Source: an uncultured Bacilli bacterium (GTDB taxonomy: Bacteria; Bacillota_I; Bacilli_A; RFN20; CAG-288). Taken from it: DNA of 64,000 bases. Made by a program: the position numbers and the translations under genes. Every line of letters begins with the position of its first letter. The first letter of the stretch is position 1. Positions 1 to 10,700 of this stretch are shown in pieces. The stretch lies in assembly GCA_944349335.1 (NCBI GenBank), contig CALVMW010000001.1, positions 493,965 to 557,964 of the forward strand. Reading direction: 5' to 3'. A model generated the notes under the pieces. The model did no database searches, was not told the DNA's origin, and saw nothing but the letters and a program-made list of their open reading frames with translations.

Positions 1-1286
1 TGAACCATACCTCAAGCGACCATCCTTGGTTTAAAGAGGCCATCAATAATAAAAATTCACCTTATAGAGATTATTATTTCTTCCGTCAAGGAAAAGAAAA
101 TATAAATAACTGGCAAGCGACAATGTCAGGTTCAGCTTGGACTGAATTAGATAACGAAAAAGGGACATATTACCTCCACCTTTATTCTGATAAACAACCT
201 GATTTAAATTGGCAAAATCCTGCTGTTTATAATGAATTTAAAAATATCTTAGAATTTTGGTTAAAAAAGGGTGTATATGGTTTCCGACTTGATGTTATTA
301 CCCAAATTTATAAAGAAAGTTTAGAAGATGGTAAAAAAGGAAAAATTGGTGAACAAGTAGGAAGAGAACACTATTTAGCTACAGAAGGGTGTCATAGAGT
401 TTTAAGAAAGTTAAGAGAAGATGTTTTAGATAAATATAATGGAATTTTTATTGGAGAATGTTACGGGATCGACCACAATATAGCTAAAAGTTTTTTAGAT
501 AATGAATTAGATACTCTCTTTTTATTTGAACTTACTCATACCTCTCTATTAAAAAATAAGATAAATATGAGAAAATTTAAAAAGAATCTAATTCAAGTTC
601 AAACAACCTTAGATTACAATGGCAACTTTTTAGAAAACCACGATCAGCATCGTTCTATCGGTCGTTATGTTAAAGATAAAAAGGGAGCCAAGATGCTTTT
701 AACTCTCCTCTTTACTTTAAAAGGTATCCCTTTTATCTATCAAGGAGAAGAATTAGCCTTACAAGATTATCAAAACTTTTCTCCTTCTGATTCACAAGAT
801 ATGGTTTATAAACATGTCTATAAACTATTAAAAAGTTACCACCTTCCTAATTTTATAGCTAAAAAGATTTCTCGTCTCTTTGGAAGAGATGATGCTAGAT
901 ATCCTTATCCTTTTAACAATAGTGTTTTCAATGGATTCTCTTCAGTTAAACCTTGGAGCAAAGTATATGATGGAAAAGAAAATAGAGAAGAAGCTTTAAA
1001 TGATAAAAATTCTTCTTTATATTACTTAAAAGAACTTTATAACTTAAGAAAAAATGATGATGTGTTATGCTTTGGTAACATTTCATTTCTTAAAGATAAT
1101 AAATTAATATTAAGTTATATAAGAGAATATCAAAATAAAAAGAGACTCATCATTTTAAACTTATCAAACAAGAGAAAGAATATATCTAATAAAATTAAAA
1201 ATCTAAAAAAAGAACTTTTGCTCTCTACTTCAAATAAAGAAAAAGATTATTTACAACATTATGAAGGAAGAATTTATTCACTCTGA
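1..1286 (+). CDS. GH13 alpha-glucosidase / oligo-1,6-glucosidase, 5'-truncated by the window edge
   Basis: Frame is open from position 3 (NHTSSDHPWFKEA, GH13 region I). QPDLNW, GFRLDVI, GE, ENHDQ and YQGEE motifs present. Confidence 0.9.
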   Translation, partial: NHTSSDHPWFKEAINNKNSPYRDYYFFRQGKENINNWQATMSGSAWTELDNEKGTYYLHLYSDKQPDLNWQNPAVYNEFKNILEFWLKKGVYGFRLDVITQIYKESLEDGKKGKIGEQVGREHYLATEGCHRVLRKLREDVLDKYNGIFIGECYGIDHNIAKSFLDNELDTLFLFELTHTSLLKNKINMRKFKKNLIQVQTTLDYNGNFLENHDQHRSIGRYVKDKKGAKMLLTLLFTLKGIPFIYQGEELALQDYQNFSPSDSQDMVYKHVYKLLKSYHLPNFIAKKISRLFGRDDARYPYPFNNSVFNGFSSVKPWSKVYDGKENREEALNDKNSSLYYLKELYNLRKNDDVLCFGNISFLKDNKLILSYIREYQNKKRLIILNLSNKRKNISNKIKNLKKELLLSTSNKEKDYLQHYEGRIYSL

Positions 1287-1774
1287 TCTTTCTTTTTAAT
1301 TAATTGTCTTTCATCTTCAGAAAGATTAATTTTCAATGTTAAGATAATAGCTAAAAATATAAAAGATAAAACAGGGGCAATAAAAGAACCAAAAGATAAT
1401 TCTATATTCGTATCGTTATAATTCATCAAGATGGTATAAACTATCTCAGCTATCAGTTTTAAAGCGAAGAAAACTACTAATGCAAAAGATAACTTTTTAT
1501 GATTTTCATCTTTTAAAAATGGATAAAGGATAGAAGGAATAAAAGAACAGATTGAAAAAATAAATGAGAATAATAACATTACAATTGAATAATGTAAATA
1601 AGTTGTCGGATCATTAAAATAAGCAAAGGAACTAAAGCCTGAAACATATTGGTCGCCTGTTACTAAATATGGTGCTAAAAAGAATAAAATAGAAGTGATA
1701 GAAAAAAGAAAAGAAAAATAGAAAATCAAACTTCTCCTAATAGTAAGACGCTTTTTAATACTTGATGATTCCAT
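1274..1774 (-). CDS. hypothetical membrane protein (~4 TM)
   Basis: Hydrophobic ORF; GGAGG-like RBS before the ATG at 1774; overlaps the upstream ORF. Confidence 0.7.
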   Translation of the reverse strand: MESSSIKKRLTIRRSLIFYFSFLFSITSILFFLAPYLVTGDQYVSGFSSFAYFNDPTTYLHYSIVMLLFSFIFSICSFIPSILYPFLKDENHKKLSFALVVFFALKLIAEIVYTILMNYNDTNIELSFGSFIAPVLSFIFLAIILTLKINLSEDERQLIKKKDQSE

Positions 1775-2303
1775 TTTCACCCTCCAATAAATATGTTATT
1801 TTTGATTCACTAGAATTAATACCTAAATCAACTATGTGTTTTAAATATTTATTTTCAAACCGTAAATACTTTCTAATATTTAGATAATCATCCTCATCTT
1901 TATATTTATATATATAGTAAAAATAAAATTCTACCTTACCTTTTAAGCCTCTTTCATTTCTTAAAAAATCAAGGAGCATCTTTTTTTCTACTAAAGCATG
2001 AAAGTGATCGCTCATCTCAATATAATCTTTTAAAGCTTCATCATAATCTTTCACTCTTAAAAATGATAATTTTTTATCATCATAAGGGAAAATGATTGAG
2101 ATTTTATTATCTATATAGACGTCACCTTTAAAATATTTGTCATCTTTTACATAAGGAAAAAGAAGATGAAGATCACTGATTAAAATCTGATAATCCTTTT
2201 CATCTATAAGTTTTTTTTCTAGTAAAAAAGAGAAGTTCTCTTCATCAGGAAGAAAAGAATAGTCATCTTTTAAGCTAAGAGCAACTTTAATATTTTCACT
2301 CAT
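1755..2303 (-). CDS. hypothetical protein
   Basis: 182-aa ORF, no motif recognised. Confidence 0.65.
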   Translation of the reverse strand: MSENIKVALSLKDDYSFLPDEENFSFLLEKKLIDEKDYQILISDLHLLFPYVKDDKYFKGDVYIDNKISIIFPYDDKKLSFLRVKDYDEALKDYIEMSDHFHALVEKKMLLDFLRNERGLKGKVEFYFYYIYKYKDEDDYLNIRKYLRFENKYLKHIVDLGINSSESKITYLLEGENGIIKY

Positions 2304-2449
2304 ATTGATATTTTACTATTTAAGAAAGATAAAATTAAGCAAGAGAACAAGAAAAAATGAAAATAAATCACCTTTTTACATAAGCATTTAAAAATAGCGA
2401 TAAATTAGCTTTTTTTTAGATTTTTAAGCGTTTTCTTTCATTTATTATC

Positions 2450-2476
2450 TTTACAATCTCTTAACACTTCTTAATA
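2450..2476 (+). promoter_or_regulatory. Pho box (PhoP-binding direct repeats)
   Basis: TTTACA (2450), TTAACA (2461) and TTAATA (2471) at 11/10-bp spacing upstream of pstS; matches the B. subtilis TT(A/T/C)ACA PhoP repeat. Confidence 0.7.
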
Positions 2477-2545
2477 AGTCTTTGCTTTTTTTTAATTTGG
2501 AAATTCATTAAATTACTCATGAACTTAAAAAAGAGGAAAATTAAA

Positions 2546-3538
2546 ATGAAAAAAACATTAAGATTCGTTCCGTTATTCGCTTGCTTAACTCTCTTAGCTA
2601 GTTGTGGTGGAGAATCTACTAATACTTCTAATACTGGTGCTAGCTCTTCTCAAGATACTACTGTAGATTTCGATACAACTCAGGAGATTACTCCTTTAAC
2701 TAGAGATACAAACTCTGGTACAAGAGAAGCTTTCTTTGGTCACATCGACTTAGAAGATGCCGCTAGTGATGATTCGTTATTAACAACCAGCGCTTCTGTC
2801 GTGGCTTCTAATGGCGATATGATCTCTAATCTTGCTACTGATGAATATGCTATCGGTTATTTCTCCTTTGATTCAATAACTAGTGCTACTGATGAAGGAG
2901 TTAAAGTTGTCTCCTTTGAAGGAGTCACTCCTAGTGAAGACACCATCGTCTCAGGTGAATATTCATTAACAAGACACTTTAATTACATTGTCCGTAATGA
3001 TTTTGGTGGTGACAGTGTTAAAGAGACAATCGTCGATGCTTTTGTCGCTTATATGGGTACTGCTGAAGGCTTAAATATCATCCAAACAAATGGTGGTGTC
3101 GTCGATCCTGAAACTATCAATAACGCTCCTACATGGGCAGAAATTTCTGCTAACTATCCTGGTATTTCTGATGACCATTCTGATGTCACTATCAACTTCG
3201 GTGGTTCTACTTCTGTCGAAGAGATCGCTAGACAACTTTCTGCTAGTTTCTCTACTTTAGCTGGAAACTTTATCGCTCATCATGACCACACAGGTTCTGG
3301 TGCTGCTTATAGTGGAACTCAAGGAGACGATGCTGGCACTTTAGATATCGGCTTCTTATCTCGTGAATTTAACGATAGTGAAGTTCCTGCTGAAAATACC
3401 TCTGGTGTCATTTGTACTGATGCTGTCATCATCGGTGTTAATGAAGCTAACCCTCTTACTAATATCACTGCTGATCAGTGCCATAACATTTACGCTCTTG
3501 ATGGAACTATCGACACTTGGGATGATATCTTAGGCTAA
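2546..3538 (+). CDS. pstS: phosphate ABC transporter substrate-binding lipoprotein
   Basis: Lipobox LLASC; RDTNSGTREAF and GGSTSV motifs; first gene of the pst operon. Confidence 0.9.
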   Translation: MKKTLRFVPLFACLTLLASCGGESTNTSNTGASSSQDTTVDFDTTQEITPLTRDTNSGTREAFFGHIDLEDAASDDSLLTTSASVVASNGDMISNLATDEYAIGYFSFDSITSATDEGVKVVSFEGVTPSEDTIVSGEYSLTRHFNYIVRNDFGGDSVKETIVDAFVAYMGTAEGLNIIQTNGGVVDPETINNAPTWAEISANYPGISDDHSDVTINFGGSTSVEEIARQLSASFSTLAGNFIAHHDHTGSGAAYSGTQGDDAGTLDIGFLSREFNDSEVPAENTSGVICTDAVIIGVNEANPLTNITADQCHNIYALDGTIDTWDDILG

Positions 3539-3539
3539 A

Positions 3540-4622
3540 ATGCAAAGCGATATCATTAAACAGGCAAGGATTGAAATTCAAAGAAAATCGGCATTAAATG
3601 CTGAAAAAAAGAAAAGGAAGGATAAAATCGTCCGCCTTTTCTTTTTTTTCATAACTTGTATCTGTTCTTTAATCATCGTCATCGTCGCTGGCTTTATCAT
3701 CATCAAAGGCCTTACACCATTCTTTAAAATTTATACTGAAAATGGTCACACTGGTTCAATGTCCTTCTCCTATTTCTTTACCGGCTTACAATTTAATCAT
3801 GGTTATGATCAAGAGACAGGCACATTTATGTATGGTGTCGGTTTTCTAGTTGTCAATACTCTTTATATCAATCTTATCTCATATATCATCTCAATCCCTA
3901 CTTCAATTTTAACTTCTTTATTCATCGCAAGAATCGCTCCAAAACCATTAAAGAAAATAATATCGACTGGTGTTGATCTTCTTGCAAGTATCCCTTCAGT
4001 TATCTTCGGTATGTTTGGCTTAGGTGTTATTGTTCCTCTTGTTAGAAGCATAGGAAGAGCGATGGGCTTAGCTGGTACATCTGGCATATCTCTATTAGCC
4101 GGTGCGATCATCTTAGCTTTAATGTCTATGCCGACCATGATTTCAGTTATGGTAACTTCCCTAAATGCAATAGATGAATCACAAATAAAAGCTTCTCTTG
4201 CTTTAGGAGCATCTAAAACACAAACCAACTTTAAAATAGCACTTAAAAACGCCAAGTCTGGTATCTTTGCTGGTATCATCTTAGGAATCGGAAGAGCACT
4301 AGGAGAAGCTACTGCAGTTACAATGGTTACTGGCTCTCCTATCTATGGTATAACCGCTAATCCATTTGATCCGACAGTAACTTTAACAACACAGATGCTA
4401 TTAGCAATCGGTGAAGCGACACCAAACTCTTTAAACTATGATGCTCGTTTCTCAGCAGGTTTAGTCTTATTAGTTATAATCATCCTCATAAATTTCCTCT
4501 TAAATAACATAAAAGATATTGTCTGTTCTATCGATAGAAAACCTTCTAAAGCTATCATCTTCCTTAAGCAACTATTTACTAATTTTAGGAATCCATGTTA
4601 TGACCTTAAAAAGCTTAAATAA
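3540..4622 (+). CDS. pstC: phosphate ABC transporter permease PstC
   Basis: [18 protein letters not shown] and GRALGEATAV motifs. Confidence 0.92.
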   Translation: MQSDIIKQARIEIQRKSALNAEKKKRKDKIVRLFFFFITCICSLIIVIVAGFIIIKGLTPFFKIYTENGHTGSMSFSYFFTGLQFNHGYDQETGTFMYGVGFLVVNTLYINLISYIISIPTSILTSLFIARIAPKPLKKIISTGVDLLASIPSVIFGMFGLGVIVPLVRSIGRAMGLAGTSGISLLAGAIILALMSMPTMISVMVTSLNAIDESQIKASLALGASKTQTNFKIALKNAKSGIFAGIILGIGRALGEATAVTMVTGSPIYGITANPFDPTVTLTTQMLLAIGEATPNSLNYDARFSAGLVLLVIIILINFLLNNIKDIVCSIDRKPSKAIIFLKQLFTNFRNPCYDLKKLK

Positions 4623-5847
4623 CGAAGCTATCTTCGAAAAAAAGAAAAGATTTAGAGAAAGAGTCAAAGATTTCTTCTCTGTCACTTCAACATATATCTT
4701 CTCTTCTTTTACACTTATAGCTTTAATAGCTATTATCGTTTTTATCTTCTCAAGGGGTTATTCGACACTCTCTTGGGATTTTATAACTGGAGATTATAAT
4801 CCCACTACCTATGTTATTAGAACTGATACTGAAAGTGATGCTGATAGACTAGATAATACTTTTGATTATACCCCAAGAGAAGGAGAATACTTTTCTTCTT
4901 TATGGGGAATAGGATTTATGGATGAAGAAAACAATGTCGGAGAAAAAATAGTCATAATCTCATACGTCGACCCTAATGCTAACATCAATAATATCGTCGA
5001 TGCTGATAATAATCCTTTTACTATCGAAGCAGGAACAACTGTCAATAGCGCATTACTTTATAATGATGAAGGAAGAGTTTCAATCCGTATCGATAAAGGG
5101 GCTCAAGAAGTCGCTAAGCGCTTTGATGAATGTCCTTATATTCTCCAAATGTCACTGACAACAGGAGGAGATGGTATCCGCGGCTCATTTATTTCCACTC
5201 TCTACATGATAGGCATAACAATGGTTATCGCTCTTCCCTTAGGTATCTCAGCTGCTATTTATTTAGGTGTCTATGCTAAAGAAAATAAAATTACAAAAAT
5301 GCTTAGAAATATGATCGACATGATTTCAGGCATCCCTTCCATTATCTTCGGTTTAGTCGGAGGTATTATATTTTTACCGATAGTTGGTGGTAATGGAAAT
5401 TTAATTTCTGGATCACTAACTATGGCATTTATGATTTTGCCATTAATTATTAAAACCACCCAAGAATCAATAAAAACAATACCTAAGTCTTTATCTGACG
5501 CTTCTTTAGCTTTAGGAGCTAGTCAAACACAGACAACATTTAAAGTGATTTTACCTAATTCTTTACCCGGAATCTTAACTAGTGCTCTCCTTGGTATTTC
5601 TCGTGTTATCGGTGAAAGTGCCGCTTTAATCTATACATCTGGTGTTGCGATACTCGACACTGTTTCTCCTACCCAAGGAAGCGCAACCTTAGCTGTCCAT
5701 ATCTGGTCTCTTATGAGCGGAGAAACTCAAAATTATGAGGCATCTTGCGCAATATCAATCATCATTCTAATAATCATCTTAGTATTATCAATAATTATCA
5801 AACTGATATCATTCATAACTGAAAGAAAGAAAAGGAGGAGAGGCTGA
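4600..5847 (+). CDS. pstA: phosphate ABC transporter permease PstA with an extracytoplasmic insertion
   Basis: [26 protein letters not shown] and TLAVHIW motifs; ATG at 4600 with AGGA RBS. Confidence 0.92.
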   Translation: MTLKSLNNEAIFEKKKRFRERVKDFFSVTSTYIFSSFTLIALIAIIVFIFSRGYSTLSWDFITGDYNPTTYVIRTDTESDADRLDNTFDYTPREGEYFSSLWGIGFMDEENNVGEKIVIISYVDPNANINNIVDADNNPFTIEAGTTVNSALLYNDEGRVSIRIDKGAQEVAKRFDECPYILQMSLTTGGDGIRGSFISTLYMIGITMVIALPLGISAAIYLGVYAKENKITKMLRNMIDMISGIPSIIFGLVGGIIFLPIVGGNGNLISGSLTMAFMILPLIIKTTQESIKTIPKSLSDASLALGASQTQTTFKVILPNSLPGILTSALLGISRVIGESAALIYTSGVAILDTVSPTQGSATLAVHIWSLMSGETQNYEASCAISIIILIIILVLSIIIKLISFITERKKRRRG

Positions 5848-6632
5848 TGGAAATAAATAGCACCCAGCTTGAAGAAAATAAAGAAGAAGTAGTTTTCAAA
5901 ATAAAAGATCTCAACCTCTTCTATTCAAATAAACAAGCTTTAAAAAATATTAATATGAATATCTATAAGAATAAAGTGACGGCTCTTATAGGTCCTTCTG
6001 GTTGTGGTAAGTCCACTTTCCTTCGCTGTTTAAATCGTATGAATGATTTAAATGATGAATGTAAGATAACTGGTCTTATCGAATATGAAGGACAAGATAT
6101 CAAAGATATGAACACGATATTATTAAGAACAAAAGTCGGTATGGTTTTCCAGCAACCTAACCCTTTCCCAATGTCAATTTATGATAATATCGCCTATGGA
6201 CCTCGCTGTCAGGGATTAAAAAATAGAGCGACATTAGATGAAATTGTTGTCACTTCATTAAAAGAAGCAGCTTTATATGATGAAGTTAAAGATCGTCTTA
6301 GGAAGAGTTCTCTTTCTTTATCTGGAGGTCAACAACAAAGGCTATGTATCGCTAGATGCTTAGCTTTAGGACCGGATTGTATTTTAATGGATGAACCAAC
6401 TTCTGCTCTTGATCCTATCGCTACTAGCAAAGTGGAGGAACTTATCGCAGAGTTAAAAGAAAATTACACAATAATAATAGTCACTCATAATATGCAACAA
6501 GCGACAAGAGTTTCTGACTACACCGCTTTCTTTATGTTAGGTGATCTTATCGAATTTAATAAAACAGAAGAATTTTTCTCTCATCCTAAAGAGAAAAAAA
6601 GTTATGATTATATTACGGGTAGATTCTCATAA
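5847..6632 (+). CDS. pstB: phosphate ABC transporter ATPase
   Basis: [30 protein letters not shown] and YITGRF motifs. Confidence 0.96.
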   Translation: MEINSTQLEENKEEVVFKIKDLNLFYSNKQALKNINMNIYKNKVTALIGPSGCGKSTFLRCLNRMNDLNDECKITGLIEYEGQDIKDMNTILLRTKVGMVFQQPNPFPMSIYDNIAYGPRCQGLKNRATLDEIVVTSLKEAALYDEVKDRLRKSSLSLSGGQQQRLCIARCLALGPDCILMDEPTSALDPIATSKVEELIAELKENYTIIIVTHNMQQATRVSDYTAFFMLGDLIEFNKTEEFFSHPKEKKSYDYITGRFS

Positions 6633-6643
6633 GGAGGAAGAAT

Positions 6644-7291
6644 ATGAATATCGATGCTGAATTAAAGATAATCACTGACTCTCTTTATCACATGTATGAC
6701 TACACTTTAAATAATTTAAAAGTAGCATTAACCTACTTCCTAGGGAGAGATAATTATGACCCGAATCTCAAAATAGATGATGATATCATCAATGATTTTG
6801 AAAGAGATGTTGAATCGCTCTGTATGCAGATCCTCTTAAAAGAAAGAGCTTATGCTGGTGATTTAAGAGCGATTTTAGGCTATTTAAAATTAGTTGAAGA
6901 TATTGAAAGGATAGCTGATCAAGCTTACGATATAAAAAACTTTGCTGACGATATTAAGAAAAACGATAGAGATGATAAAGTTGAAGAGATCAATAAAATG
7001 GTCGATATCGTTTACTCGATGGTTAAAGAAGCTTTTGAAGCATTAGTAAGAATGGATGTAAAAACCGCTGATAATATTATTAAAAGAGATGATATTGTCG
7101 ATAAGATGTATTTAGATATTGAAAATGCTTTAATAGAATTAACAGAGAAAAAAGTTATTACTCCTTATGAAAGTATCAAACTTATCTCTGTTACCAAATA
7201 TCTAGAAAGGATAGCTGATCAAACAACAAATATATCTGAATGGACAATCTATATTGTCAACGGATTCCATAAAGATAAGGTGGTAATATGA
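6644..7291 (+). CDS. phoU: phosphate signalling protein PhoU
   Basis: Duplicated ERIAD motifs (IERIADQ, LERIADQTTNISE); follows pstB. Confidence 0.93.
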   Translation: MNIDAELKIITDSLYHMYDYTLNNLKVALTYFLGRDNYDPNLKIDDDIINDFERDVESLCMQILLKERAYAGDLRAILGYLKLVEDIERIADQAYDIKNFADDIKKNDRDDKVEEINKMVDIVYSMVKEAFEALVRMDVKTADNIIKRDDIVDKMYLDIENALIELTEKKVITPYESIKLISVTKYLERIADQTTNISEWTIYIVNGFHKDKVVI

Positions 7292-7977
7292 GCAAACTAA
7301 TATATTCAGTCGAAGATGATAAAAACATCGCTAAAATTATTCGTCTCACACTTTCTAAACAAGGATACGAAGTTGAAACTTTTGAAGATGGTACTAGTTT
7401 TTTAGATGCGATAAATAAAAGAAAACCCGATTTAATTCTCCTTGACTTAATGCTTCCTGATATCGATGGAAATGAACTTATCAAAAAAATAAGAGATAAT
7501 AAATTTTATGATGATGTTCTCATCATGATAATCTCCGCTCGTAATAACACTTTAGATAAAGTTGACTCCCTAGATTTAGGAGCAGATGATTTTTTAGAAA
7601 AACCTTTCGATTTACTAGAATTAATAAGCCGCGTCAATGCTAAATTCCGTCGAAAGAAAGATAGCAAAATCATAACTATCGGCAATGTTTCCTTAGATAC
7701 AGATCGTTTAATTTGTTATGTCAATAATAATGAAGTTAACATAACAAATGCTGAATTTAAAATTCTCTTAACTTTAATGCAGAGAAGCGATGAAGCTGTT
7801 TCTAGAGAAGAATTATTAAAAATTTTATGGAAAACCGATCAAAATGTTGAAAGTAGAACTATCGATGTCCATATAAATAACATCCGTCAGAAGTTAAAAA
7901 AGGAAGGAAAAAGGATAGTATCTGTCTACGGATACGGATATAGGTATTTAAATGACGAAAAAAAGAATAATCATTGA
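7288..7977 (+). CDS. phoP: OmpR/PhoP-family response regulator
   Basis: EDD, LLDLMLP, GADDFLEKPF and SRTIDVHI motifs; pst context. Confidence 0.85.
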   Translation: MSKLIYSVEDDKNIAKIIRLTLSKQGYEVETFEDGTSFLDAINKRKPDLILLDLMLPDIDGNELIKKIRDNKFYDDVLIMIISARNNTLDKVDSLDLGADDFLEKPFDLLELISRVNAKFRRKKDSKIITIGNVSLDTDRLICYVNNNEVNITNAEFKILLTLMQRSDEAVSREELLKILWKTDQNVESRTIDVHINNIRQKLKKEGKRIVSVYGYGYRYLNDEKKNNH

Positions 7978-9637
7978 AACTATCACCTTTTCACTTATTC
8001 TTATCATCTCCTATATTGCAATTTTCATTGTTCTCTTTTTCTCCTCAAGAGATCAGATGAGAATAAACTTACAAGCTGACTGTCAAGTAGCTGAACGTAT
8101 TTTTGATGGTTCAAATCCGACAGTAACGGGAAAGGAAGTCACCTCTGCCTTTAAAGATAATGACTACCGCATCTCTATTATCACTAGAGAAAAAGATGGA
8201 GAATATACAATTATCTACGATAATCATAATATGTATCAATCTAATGAAGATGCCGATGAACTAGACAATATCGACGATTATACAACTAGAAAATCATCCT
8301 ATGGTTATAGTATGGTTTATTATGTGATGCGCGATGAACAGAACCCTTCTTACTATATTAGAGCGGCAATTCGTGAATCAAATGTGTCAGAATTATCATA
8401 TGATTTTCTTCTTTATGGTTCTATAGCTTTAATTATCATTCTATTTTTCTATGGCTTATATAAATATAAAGCCTATATCAATGGAATTAAACCTTTGAAA
8501 GAAGAAGTACAAAGATTAGCTTATATTTCAAATATTGACGATACAGGAGAAGAAGACTTACAAGCTTTGACTGAATCAATCGATGTCATTTCTAACAAAT
8601 TAGTAGATGATATTAAAGCTTTAACAAACGAAAGAGAAAAAACAAAGAACATTTTAGATTCAGTCTCCCAAGCTATCATCGCTATCTCAAACTCTGGTAA
8701 TATCGCACTATATAACCTCTCTGCTTCTAAATTATTTAATTATGAAGAAAAAGAAGCTATAAATGAAAATTATCATATACTTAACATCGGTGATGAGTTT
8801 AATAAAAATCTCGATTTAGTCTTACAAGGCAAAATTAAAACTTCCACTTTTGATTGCGTTATAAGAAATATCATCTATAGCTGTGAAATAATTCATACTG
8901 ATTCTTCTTGGCTAGATTCTGGCAAAATTGGTGCTGTCATTCTCTTCTCTAATGTTGATGAAGAGAGAAGAATAAATAAAATAAAAAATGACTTTTTCTC
9001 AAATGCTAGTCACGAATTAAAAACTCCTTTAACTTCTATCCTCGGGTACTTAGAACTTATAGATAAAGGTATCTTACAGAATGAAGATGAAAAAGAAGCG
9101 ATAAGCGAAAGCATCAAAGAAGCTAAAAAGATGAAAGATCTCTTAAAAGATATGCTTATCATAAATAATTTAGATAGTAATAAACAATTAAAAAAAGAAG
9201 AAGTTTCACTTAAAGAAACAATTGATGAAATAGTTTCTTCACTGCGTCCATTATTATTAAGTAAAGAAATCACAATAACAACAAATGAAGATGACTTTAC
9301 TATTCTTGCTGATAAAAAAGATATTGAAAGACTTCTGATCAACTTGATTGAAAATGCTATTAAATATAATAAAGACAAAGGTAAAATTACTATCACTCTT
9401 AATTCCAGCGATAAAACCTTTAAAATTGAAGATACTGGTATCGGTATAGCTAGTGAAAATATCAATCGTATTTTTGAAAGATTCTATCGTGTAGATAATT
9501 CAAAAACTGATAAAAATATCGAAGGAACTGGTTTAGGCTTAGCAATCTGTAAACATATAGCTCAACTTTATGATTATCAAATTGAAGTTCAATCAAAACT
9601 AGCTATTGGAACCACTTTTACAGTCCATTTTAAATAG
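7952..9637 (+). CDS. phoR: PhoR-like sensor histidine kinase (TM, PAS, HisKA, HATPase)
   Basis: SHELKTPL, NLIENAIKY, DTGIGI, FERFYRVD and GTGLGL motifs. Confidence 0.88.
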   Translation: MTKKRIIIETITFSLILIISYIAIFIVLFFSSRDQMRINLQADCQVAERIFDGSNPTVTGKEVTSAFKDNDYRISIITREKDGEYTIIYDNHNMYQSNEDADELDNIDDYTTRKSSYGYSMVYYVMRDEQNPSYYIRAAIRESNVSELSYDFLLYGSIALIIILFFYGLYKYKAYINGIKPLKEEVQRLAYISNIDDTGEEDLQALTESIDVISNKLVDDIKALTNEREKTKNILDSVSQAIIAISNSGNIALYNLSASKLFNYEEKEAINENYHILNIGDEFNKNLDLVLQGKIKTSTFDCVIRNIIYSCEIIHTDSSWLDSGKIGAVILFSNVDEERRINKIKNDFFSNASHELKTPLTSILGYLELIDKGILQNEDEKEAISESIKEAKKMKDLLKDMLIINNLDSNKQLKKEEVSLKETIDEIVSSLRPLLLSKEITITTNEDDFTILADKKDIERLLINLIENAIKYNKDKGKITITLNSSDKTFKIEDTGIGIASENINRIFERFYRVDNSKTDKNIEGTGLGLAICKHIAQLYDYQIEVQSKLAIGTTFTVHFK

Positions 9638-9671
9638 TATTCTTACTCTTTATAGAGTATAATTATAAAGT

Positions 9672-10700
9672 ATGAAAAAGGCAGTAACTAAGTTAGTATT
9701 CTTCTTTAAATACCTCTTATCTTGTTTTCTTCCTTTACTAAAAGGTTTTTTAGTTGGCCTTTTTTCTAGTTTACCTTTTATTAATAGTCACGATGTTTCT
9801 CACCTTGTCGCTTTAAAAGAGGAAGAAGAAAACGAAGGAAGTATCTTTAAAAACTTTTTAACTCATTTAAAAAATACTTGGCCTATCTTATTAGGTGGTT
9901 TACTTGGTATTATCTTCTTTTTCCTAATTTCCGTTGAATATTTATATACTAGTTATGGTTTTGCAATCTCTTCTTCCTTAGCTTGTTTATCCCTTATTTT
10001 TCTTATATCTGAAATTTATTCTTTATATTGTTCAGTAAAAAAAGATAAAAATATTAAATCTTATTTATTCGCTTTAGTTTCTGCTCTTTTAACTTTAATA
10101 GTTCTCCTTATCTTTTATTTTATACCTTCATACTCTGCTATCAAAGTTTTCTTCATTTCATTCATCGCTAGTTTCTCCTTATTCTTCTCTGGCATAAGTT
10201 TTGGCTCATTATTCTTGGTTAGCTCTTCTTATATTGCTTTATCAACAAGGATGAACGACGCCTGTTATTTAATAATTAATTCTAATAATATGAGCACAAT
10301 TATCACTCTTTTATTAGGTTTAATATTTGGTTTTATTGCTAGTTACATCTTAACAAATAAATTTAAAAATTTAACTAAAGAGAAAAACTCAAGTAACATC
10401 GTCTACTTCTTATTTGGCTTTATTATAAATATGATTGATACAATAAATACACCTCTTTACACTAACATAAATACTTCTGAACTAGCTCAATTATTCGTTA
10501 TATTAACGATGATTCTTGCAAGCATTGGTATCGGCATCGGTTTAACATTCCACAAATATAAGAAAGTTACAATAACTGCGGAAGAAAATAAAAATGAAAT
10601 AAAAAAAGAAGAGAAGAAAGAAAATGTTTCTTTTGAATCCTCCTCTGGAATCGATATAAGTAAGCTTAAGGAGATAAAAAATATAGACGATGAGGCTTGA
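9672..10700 (+). CDS. divergent DUF368-like membrane protein
   Basis: LLKGFLVGLFSSLPFINSHD and FSGISFGSLFLV resemble the two DUF368 PGxSG repeats but are degenerate. Confidence 0.55.
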   Translation: MKKAVTKLVFFFKYLLSCFLPLLKGFLVGLFSSLPFINSHDVSHLVALKEEEENEGSIFKNFLTHLKNTWPILLGGLLGIIFFFLISVEYLYTSYGFAISSSLACLSLIFLISEIYSLYCSVKKDKNIKSYLFALVSALLTLIVLLIFYFIPSYSAIKVFFISFIASFSLFFSGISFGSLFLVSSSYIALSTRMNDACYLIINSNNMSTIITLLLGLIFGFIASYILTNKFKNLTKEKNSSNIVYFLFGFIINMIDTINTPLYTNINTSELAQLFVILTMILASIGIGIGLTFHKYKKVTITAEENKNEIKKEEKKENVSFESSSGIDISKLKEIKNIDDEA

